DNA from: a candidate division WOR-3 bacterium
Lineage (GTDB): Bacteria; Hydrothermota; UBA3073
Reading direction: 5' to 3'
Assembly (NCBI GenBank): GCA_034722095.1
Contig: JAYENM010000169.1
Span: 1-51,508, forward strand
DNA length: 51,508 nucleotides
Both the position numbers and the translations under genes were made by a program. The notes under the pieces are model-generated. The model did no database searches, was not told where the DNA came from, and saw nothing but the letters and a program-made list of their open reading frames with translations. This document shows positions 42,590-49,453 of the stretch, piece by piece (the first letter of the stretch is position 1; each line of letters opens with the position of its first letter).

Positions 42590-44869
42590 ATGTATCTTTT
42601 TATTATAATTCAGTTATTCCTTTCACCAGTCTGGGAGACACACGGACCCTATGGAGGAGAGACTATATGCATTGCCATAGACCCAAATAAAACTCTCTGT
42701 ATGTATGCGGGGACAGGGAATCCTGAATTAATAACAACGAATGGAGACGGTGTTTATGTAAGCACAGACGGTGGAGAAAACTGGAACCATACCTCACTCG
42801 GCTCTACTTTTGTTTGGGATATTGCAGTTGATTCTCATGGAGAAGTGTATGCTGCTACTCGTGGGTATGGAATTTTCAAGAGCACAGACAGAGGCACCAC
42901 CTGGAATTCAATAAATAACGGACTGTCATGTCTATATATATCTGATATTGCTATTGAGCCTCTCAATGACAGCGTTGTCTATGTAGGGACCGGAGACAAG
43001 TTTTATGGTAGTGTGTGGGATTGGTCAATGGATGGTATATACAAATCTACAGATAGAGGAGAAACCTGGAGTAGACTGGGACTGGACGGCACGACTGTAT
43101 CTTCCATTGTGGTGCATCCTGTGGCGCCAGAAACTCTCTATGCAGCGGTATATGATGTACCATGGGATAATACATCAAGTGAAGTAGGGATTTACAAGTC
43201 CTGCGATTACGGGGTTACCTGGATGTACAAAGCAGATATAGCTGCGAATGATTTAGTTATAGATCTGGTAAATCCCAATACAATTTACGCTGCCCCCAAG
43301 TGGGATTGGGATCACTTCTGGAAAAGCACGGATGGTGGAGAAACCTGGACATACTGTTATATGGGTATTTTTACGAATGAAATACGGACAATAGCGATTG
43401 AGCCATTCAACGACAGCATTATCTATATGGGTTGTGCCTCATATCCCACAATGGATGAAAAATTCGGTGGTATTTATAAATCTATAGATGCAGGGGATAC
43501 ATGGAGCGAAGTGATGGTAGGTATGCCAGACGAGCCTGTACATTCTATTGTTATTGGTATTGACAATCCCGATAAGGTCTATGCTACATGCAGTGGTCCT
43601 GGGGTGTATAAAAGTGTTGACAAGGGAGAAACCTGGGCATGGTCGTCTAATGGTATGAGGCTGCAGATAGTGACAGATTTGAGTTCGGCAAACGAAGACA
43701 TCTTTGCTGCGACAAGGTCCGGCGTATATAAAAGAGAGAGCTCAAGTGAAGTGTGGCATAATCGGAGCTCTGGGATAAGACAGGTTAGGACTATGTGCAT
43801 CGCTGCCGCGCCGTCTGCACCTGATACTATTTACCTCGGCACATTTGTCGGTGCGGGACCAACGCCATCTTATAGAAGTTTTGATGGTGGGGAGACTTGG
43901 ACCGGGTGTGCAGGAGGAGGAATTTGTCATATCCAGGTTAATCCTCTCAATCCCAGTGTATACTATGCTGTAGAGAAATTCAATTTTAGAAAAGTTTACA
44001 AATCAACTGATGCAGGCTCCACTGTGACCACTACCTTGGATACCACTAGTCCCGGATGTGTAGCAATAGATCCTGTTGATACAAACATAGTCTATGTAGG
44101 TGGCGGTTCTGGCAGCGCATGGGTTCTCAAAACTGTTGAGGGGGGCACAAGTTGGATAAGTATCTCCCAAGGGTTGGATTCAGGATTTGTCTGCGATATA
44201 GAGTTAGATAATTTCAACGAGGACATCCTCTATGCCGTTGTGAATGCCGATCTCTTTGGATGGGAAGGTAATGGAAAACTCTTCAGGTATAACGGAGATT
44301 TATGGGAAAGAGTAGGGGTTGATCTCCCAGAATTGCCATTCTCCTCCCTTAAGGTGGATCCAGTACTTCAGAGTGTTCTGTATATTGGCACCTATGGAGG
44401 AGGTGTATACAGAAGCATTGATGGAGGGATAGTGTGGAATGAGTTGAACGAGGGCCTCGGGAACCTCTTTGTAAACTGTATCATGTTAGACCCTCTCGAC
44501 CACACGAAGATATATGCAGGAACTAATGCCGGTGTATATTCAATCACCTCTCCCCCCGGTATTGAGGAAGAGAGTGCTATTACTCTCTCTCTTCTCACGG
44601 TCTCTCCAAATCCCTTCAGCACAACTACCGCTATCACGCTATCAGACTATCAGGCTAACGCTTCACGCTTTACGCCTTACACCTTACGCATCTACGACCT
44701 CACAGGCCGCCTCGTCAAACGATTTACGATTTTCGATTCACGGCTTACGAGTATAGTCTGGAATGGAAGAGATGACTCTGGCAATTCTTTACCTCCAGGG
44801 GTCTATTTCGCAAGACTTGAATCTGGAAAGACTGAATATAAAGCTGAGAAGATTGTAAAATTGAGGTAA
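42590..44869 (+). CDS. BNR/Asp-box (sortilin/Ycf48-like) beta-propeller protein with T9SS sorting domain
   Basis: At least 11 Asp-boxes are present: STDGGENW, STDRGTTW, STDRGETW, SCDYGVTW, STDGGETW, SIDAGDTW, SVDKGETW, SFDGGETW, STDAGSTV, TVEGGTSW and SIDGGIVW. The tail is VSPNPFSTTTAI...IYDLTGRLVKRF...GVYFARLESG...KIVKLR. The N-terminus MYLFIIIQLFLSP lacks a basic n-region. Confidence 0.8.
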   Translation: MYLFIIIQLFLSPVWETHGPYGGETICIAIDPNKTLCMYAGTGNPELITTNGDGVYVSTDGGENWNHTSLGSTFVWDIAVDSHGEVYAATRGYGIFKSTDRGTTWNSINNGLSCLYISDIAIEPLNDSVVYVGTGDKFYGSVWDWSMDGIYKSTDRGETWSRLGLDGTTVSSIVVHPVAPETLYAAVYDVPWDNTSSEVGIYKSCDYGVTWMYKADIAANDLVIDLVNPNTIYAAPKWDWDHFWKSTDGGETWTYCYMGIFTNEIRTIAIEPFNDSIIYMGCASYPTMDEKFGGIYKSIDAGDTWSEVMVGMPDEPVHSIVIGIDNPDKVYATCSGPGVYKSVDKGETWAWSSNGMRLQIVTDLSSANEDIFAATRSGVYKRESSSEVWHNRSSGIRQVRTMCIAAAPSAPDTIYLGTFVGAGPTPSYRSFDGGETWTGCAGGGICHIQVNPLNPSVYYAVEKFNFRKVYKSTDAGSTVTTTLDTTSPGCVAIDPVDTNIVYVGGGSGSAWVLKTVEGGTSWISISQGLDSGFVCDIELDNFNEDILYAVVNADLFGWEGNGKLFRYNGDLWERVGVDLPELPFSSLKVDPVLQSVLYIGTYGGGVYRSIDGGIVWNELNEGLGNLFVNCIMLDPLDHTKIYAGTNAGVYSITSPPGIEEESAITLSLLTVSPNPFSTTTAITLSDYQANASRFTPYTLRIYDLTGRLVKRFTIFDSRLTSIVWNGRDDSGNSLPPGVYFARLESGKTEYKAEKIVKLR

Positions 44870-44890
44870 ACAAAATCAGAGGAGGTTTAT

Positions 44891-47800
44891 ATGCTTAAGA
44901 AAATAGCAAGTATTATACTGGCGATAGGTTTTGCTCATATCGTCTTTGCCGATGTAACTCATAATGTCTATTTCTCATCATCGGATTTGACCTTCAGACA
45001 GGAGAAGGGATACGACATCGTGGAGTTAAAGGGATGCAACCTGATGGATGTGGTTGGCGAGCCCATGCTTTCTGTAAGATATATGAACCTCATTATCCCA
45101 GCGGGAAATAAGGTATCCAGAATAGAGTTTCCATTAGCCAATTCACAAAACATAGGAACCTACAACATCTATCCAGCGCAGCCACCAATCCCTGTAAGTA
45201 GTAGTGAACCGCCTGAATGGGTGGAACCAGACCCTCTTGTGTATAGTTCTGACGAACCCTATCCAGGCAAACTCGCAGAGGTTGTCCATGAGGGATATTT
45301 TAACGGGAATAAGATTGTGATGCTTGCGGTCTATCCACTCCAATGGATGCCAAGCACTGGAGAGCTCGTGTTGTATGACCACATACAGTTAAGACTCGTG
45401 TTGGAATCATCATCCGAAACTCCAGTCTATCCACAGATTATGACCGAGCAGAGTTACAAACTCTATAAATCTGCGTTGAGTTCGTTGATTGCAAATGACA
45501 AAGACAAGAGTGCCTATGGATATGAACCTACTGTTGTGACTCCACAGTCTGCTCCTGCTGAGTTTATACTACCTGCATCTTCTACAGAGATAATAGAGTA
45601 TATGATAATTACCCCCAATGCACTCACCTCATCTTTTAACTCTTTTGTGGAATGGTTATGGAAGAAGGGGATAAGAGCAGGGATTATCACTGTAGAGGAT
45701 ATACTTGCTTCATATCCTGGGGTTGACGATGCCCAGAAGGTGAAGAGATGCATCTGGAAGTGGTGGCAATTTAACTCTCTCACTTATGTGCTTCTCGCTG
45801 GAGATGATGGTATTGTACCTTTTAGATACGGTTGGGCCAGGAATAATCTAAATTTTCCACCACAGACTCGCGTAGATTCATTTTATATCATTCCTACTGA
45901 TCTTTACTTCTCGGATCTTTCTGGCAACTGGGATGTTGATGGAGACAATCGCTGGGGTGAGCCAGAAGATAGTATTGATATATATCCTGAGGTATATGTA
46001 GGGAGAGTGTTGGTACGGAACATGGAAGAAGTTAACAACTGGTTACAGCGGGTGTTGAATTACGAGCGAAATCCAGGAAATGCGTCTCTTATGAAAGATG
46101 TTATGTGGAGTTATCAAGAATATGACCCAGATACATCACATATGGGAGGAAATTTCATCAACTTTCAATTTCTTGTTAATCAGGCTATAGCGCATTTTCC
46201 TGAAGACTATACCCATTATCATTATTATGCTATGAGCTCCACTGAGAATCTATCTGGTCTGAATGAGGGATACGGGCAGGTATGTCTTTACGCCCACGGT
46301 TGGCCAGATAGATGGACAACGAGAACCTGGCCTGTTAGTTGGGTGTTTTCTTGGCCATCCGCTGGTGGCGGAGACCTGTACCATCTCTCTAATCCAAACA
46401 AGTATGGTGTTGTGTATTCAATTAGTTGTATGAATGCAATGTTTGATAAGATCTTGGAGGATGTTTGGCATTGCGAGGATACTACAATTGCAGATGGATT
46501 TACAGATGCTTATACAAATGGAGGCGAAGCCGCCTTTCTTGGAAACAGCAGATACGGATGGTCCCATACCTCTCCTTCTCTTCACCGGTGTTTTCTGGAT
46601 GTTCTATTCAATTCAAGCGACCTGTCTTCCAAGGTTGGATATGCTGAGGGAATATCCAAAACTCTTGGTGGGTCTAGGTATGTTTGGTATTCTCACAACC
46701 TGTTTGGCTCTCCGGAGACTCCTGTCTGGACTGATGTGCCACCACCTTTGACAGCAAGCCATCCATCCCGATTATATGTGGATCCAGAGATTACTCTGCT
46801 CCTCACTGTAACGGTTACATCTAATGGAAGTCCTGTAGAGGATGCTCTTGTTTGCCTATACAAGCCTTCAGATGATCCAGTAATTTACAAAAGAGGCTAT
46901 ACCGATGCAAATGGTGAGGTCACTTTTGATCTCCGTATTCGAAACACGGGATATCTATATGTTACTGCGACCAAACACAATTTCAAACCTTACGAAGGTA
47001 GAATTCTGTGCACCTACCCTCCCTGTCCCTTTCTCTATACCTATAATGGTTCAGAATTCATAGAGGATAACAATATCCTTTCAGGTTCTGGAACTGTAGA
47101 AGATTGGTATAAGCTGAGGGAGAAACCCCTTAAAGATGAAAATAGATATAGGTTACAGATAAAGGAGAATAACGATGAGCATTCATTCTTTGACAGGGTG
47201 AGACTTTATGCTATTGACCATCCAGACTCTGTTGAAGTATTCGTGACACAGGATGGAGAGATTGTCTCCGTTTCTATGATGTCCGCTTCTCAATCAGTTA
47301 TTGGGGAGGATGGAGTTGATTATACTACAGTGCTTCTTGACAGAGATAGTGTATGGGTTGAGGCAAATGAGGTTGAAAAGATCACCGCTGAATTTGGAGG
47401 AACTAATGGAGGAGACTACGTCATACTCGCACCACCAGGGCCGAAGCCAAGACTTATGGTTGAAGAAGCAAATGGTTCAAGTTTTGAAACTGTCGGTTCC
47501 ATTCGTGGAAGAGAGAACCCATCCTATGAGGTGCTTCCTCTTACAGTTTCATCTCCCGAGGAGGTGAGCCTGAGATTCACATTCACTGATGTCTCCCAGA
47601 GACTTGACTATATACGGTTTGGGAAGAGAAACAATGCTCCATATCATATAAAACCCTGTCCACTTGTGGCTGCTACCCACTCTGACATTGGTTCTGTCAA
47701 GCAGAAACTACTTATTGATGATGAGAACTATGCAGAACTTCTTCCCTGTGATACGATAACACTTGAGTTTGCAGTTGTTGATATAGAACCTGGATGGGTG

Positions 47801-48142
47801 AGAGATTTTGTGTTTGTATCAAATGGATATTATGTAACAGAAGGCAAAGGCGGTTCACAGACTGCATATAGCAGTATTCCTTTGGTTCATTCTCTATCAC
47901 TATATCCAAATCCAGCAAAGAATGATATGAATATCAGATTTGGTATACCGAGAGAAGAGAAGGTCTCTCTTAAAATTTATGATGTATCAGGCAGAGAGGT
48001 AAAGATGCTTGTAGATGACAGACTTGAAGCAGGTTATCATATTATAAAATTGGATAGTGAGAATCTTCCCTCTGGCATCTACTTCGCAAGGCTTGTGACC
48101 AATAACTATGAGGCGACAAAGAAGCTCGTGCTGATGAAGTAG
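44891..48142 (+). CDS. peptidase C25 (gingipain-like cysteine protease) with propeptide, unknown C-terminal module and T9SS sorting domain
   Basis: It has a signal peptide and a C25 propeptide-like N-terminus (FRQEKGYDIVELKGC...GEPMLSVRYMNLIIP). Other markers are YMIITPNALTSSFNSFVEWLWKKGIRAGIITVEDI, YVLLAGDDGIVPFRY, FSDLSGNWDVDGDNRWGE, the His region VCLYAHGWPDRW and the Cys region VVYSISCMNAMFD. The tail is YPNPAKNDMNIRF...IYDVSGREVKML...GIYFARLVTN...KLVLMK. Confidence 0.8.
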   Translation: MLKKIASIILAIGFAHIVFADVTHNVYFSSSDLTFRQEKGYDIVELKGCNLMDVVGEPMLSVRYMNLIIPAGNKVSRIEFPLANSQNIGTYNIYPAQPPIPVSSSEPPEWVEPDPLVYSSDEPYPGKLAEVVHEGYFNGNKIVMLAVYPLQWMPSTGELVLYDHIQLRLVLESSSETPVYPQIMTEQSYKLYKSALSSLIANDKDKSAYGYEPTVVTPQSAPAEFILPASSTEIIEYMIITPNALTSSFNSFVEWLWKKGIRAGIITVEDILASYPGVDDAQKVKRCIWKWWQFNSLTYVLLAGDDGIVPFRYGWARNNLNFPPQTRVDSFYIIPTDLYFSDLSGNWDVDGDNRWGEPEDSIDIYPEVYVGRVLVRNMEEVNNWLQRVLNYERNPGNASLMKDVMWSYQEYDPDTSHMGGNFINFQFLVNQAIAHFPEDYTHYHYYAMSSTENLSGLNEGYGQVCLYAHGWPDRWTTRTWPVSWVFSWPSAGGGDLYHLSNPNKYGVVYSISCMNAMFDKILEDVWHCEDTTIADGFTDAYTNGGEAAFLGNSRYGWSHTSPSLHRCFLDVLFNSSDLSSKVGYAEGISKTLGGSRYVWYSHNLFGSPETPVWTDVPPPLTASHPSRLYVDPEITLLLTVTVTSNGSPVEDALVCLYKPSDDPVIYKRGYTDANGEVTFDLRIRNTGYLYVTATKHNFKPYEGRILCTYPPCPFLYTYNGSEFIEDNNILSGSGTVEDWYKLREKPLKDENRYRLQIKENNDEHSFFDRVRLYAIDHPDSVEVFVTQDGEIVSVSMMSASQSVIGEDGVDYTTVLLDRDSVWVEANEVEKITAEFGGTNGGDYVILAPPGPKPRLMVEEANGSSFETVGSIRGRENPSYEVLPLTVSSPEEVSLRFTFTDVSQRLDYIRFGKRNNAPYHIKPCPLVAATHSDIGSVKQKLLIDDENYAELLPCDTITLEFAVVDIEPGWVRDFVFVSNGYYVTEGKGGSQTAYSSIPLVHSLSLYPNPAKNDMNIRFGIPREEKVSLKIYDVSGREVKMLVDDRLEAGYHIIKLDSENLPSGIYFARLVTNNYEATKKLVLMK

Positions 48143-48392
48143 ACTCATATAGTCGCGTGGGGTCGTGTAGTAAAAAATCGGGTTAAATGACCTTGTATAC
48201 GAGAATGTTCGGGAGAAAGAGATATTATGAACCCGTGAGGGAGACTTCTAATGTAAGTCTCCGAAGGTGATGAAACATCAAAAAAGATAAATAAGCAGGT
48301 TGAAAGGATCGAGAAAATATTAAAACGGATTGATAGTGAATGCCTTGACATCGAGAAGGTTAGAGATTTTTTGAAGAAGCATCGGGAATGAT

Positions 48393-48424
48393 AGAGGTCT
48401 CTGAAAAAATACCCAGAGACCTCT
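48393..48424. repeat. 11-bp perfect hairpin inserted in copy 2 of the cassette
   Basis: AGAGGTCTCTG-aaaaaatacc-CAGAGACCTCT is absent from the otherwise colinear copy at 38272. The insertion is bracketed by TGATA / TGATG. Confidence 0.8.
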
Positions 48425-48434
48425 GATGAATTAC

Positions 48435-48463
48435 TTGACAAGAGGGGATTTTTGTATTATGAT
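48435..48463 (+). promoter_or_regulatory. sigma70 promoter, duplicated copy (TTGACA-N17-TATGAT)
   Basis: TTGACA is at 48435-48440, the spacer is 17 nt, and TATGAT is at 48458-48463. Confidence 0.55.
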
Positions 48464-48637
48464 ATTAATAGTGATTTTTTAAATAGAAAACTTGCTTCCA
48501 ATTTCGGGAGTTAAAAGTCCTTTTCTTTTGTGCGAGGTTTGTAAGGTTCGTTTAGGATAGCCTTACGTATCAATTTACACGCAGGGTAAATGGGTTTTTT
48601 AAAACAACAATGAGTAAGCTCTATAAGGAGGGAAAAA

Positions 48638-49453
48638 ATGAATAAAAAGGCTTTGAGATGGTTGGTGTTGGTCCCCTTTGTTTTAGGGATAGGTTCCAAC
48701 ACCCAAGCAATAGGACAAAGAGTAGAAGAACACAAAACTCAAGCGGATACTACGAAAAAATTTGTATCTGTTGAGGAAACAATGAAAGAACTCGTTGAAA
48801 AGGGTATAAGAAATGAAAAGCTACATGTTCCTGAACTCATCGAAGAATTAAGAATAGCGATTCCAGATACATCCGCGAAGGGCTCTGGGATAATATGGCG
48901 GCTAGAGAAGTCAAGAGATCTACGAGCCTTACCAGTACTTTGTGAGGCTCTGTTAAATGCCAATCGAGCAATTCTAAGAACCGAGGCAGCGAGTGCTATA
49001 GCCTATATTGAAGACTATAATAAGGATACTACCGCATTGCCAATCCTTCGAGAAGCACTAAGGGACTCAGTCACAGATGTAAAACTTCACGCTGCACTTA
49101 GCTTAGTTTTCCTTGGCGATAAGATATACCCTTTGGAAGTCCTAACAGCTCTTGCCAGGGGTGAAAATATGGAAAATTGGACTGTGGATTGGGGAGGGTA
49201 TATGGGGTTAGAGAATGCGACGGATGAGGAGATTAAAAAGCAAAAAGAATATTTTAAAGAAACTATGCGCAGAAGAGCAATAGAAACACTTGGCATAATT
49301 GGAACAGAAGCATCCTACAAAGTTTTGAAAGAGATAATTTCCAAATGCAGCGACGAGAGTATCCACTACGGAGACAAGATACTTAATGTAAGCGAATATG
49401 CCAAAGAAGTATTTGAAAAGGCGCAAAAGGGAGATCTGCCATGCAAACCGTAA
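48638..49453 (+). CDS. exported HEAT-repeat (PBS-lyase-type) protein
   Basis: It has a signal peptide (LVLVPFVLGIGSNTQA) and HEAT-like helix pairs (ALPVLCEALLNANRAILRTEAASAIAYI, ALPILREALRDSVTDVKLHAALSLVFLGD, RRRAIETLGIIGTEASYKVLKEII). A GGAGGGA SD is present. Confidence 0.65.
   Translation: MNKKALRWLVLVPFVLGIGSNTQAIGQRVEEHKTQADTTKKFVSVEETMKELVEKGIRNEKLHVPELIEELRIAIPDTSAKGSGIIWRLEKSRDLRALPVLCEALLNANRAILRTEAASAIAYIEDYNKDTTALPILREALRDSVTDVKLHAALSLVFLGDKIYPLEVLTALARGENMENWTVDWGGYMGLENATDEEIKKQKEYFKETMRRRAIETLGIIGTEASYKVLKEIISKCSDESIHYGDKILNVSEYAKEVFEKAQKGDLPCKP

Larger units (their letters stand above)
48264..48520 (+). repeat. duplicated cassette: relic of the last 41 codons of a GAF-PAS sensor paralogue + promoter + start of the leader (copy of 38147-38366)
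   Basis: By manual alignment, the coding remnant differs from 38149-38271 by 4 C/T substitutions and one 1-nt indel. It reads GDETSKKINKQVERIEKILKRIDSECLDIEKVRDFLKKHRE*. A 36-nt hairpin insertion follows, and then the TTGACA promoter and AATAGAAAACTTGCTTC...TTAAAAGTCC. Confidence 0.85.

Noticed and set aside
48145-48441. 98-aa minus-strand ORF downstream of the C25 gene.
   Set aside because: The region is explained by the plus-strand relic of the sensor gene tail plus the promoter. The minus frame merely mirrors the antisense track ORF at 38052-38288.
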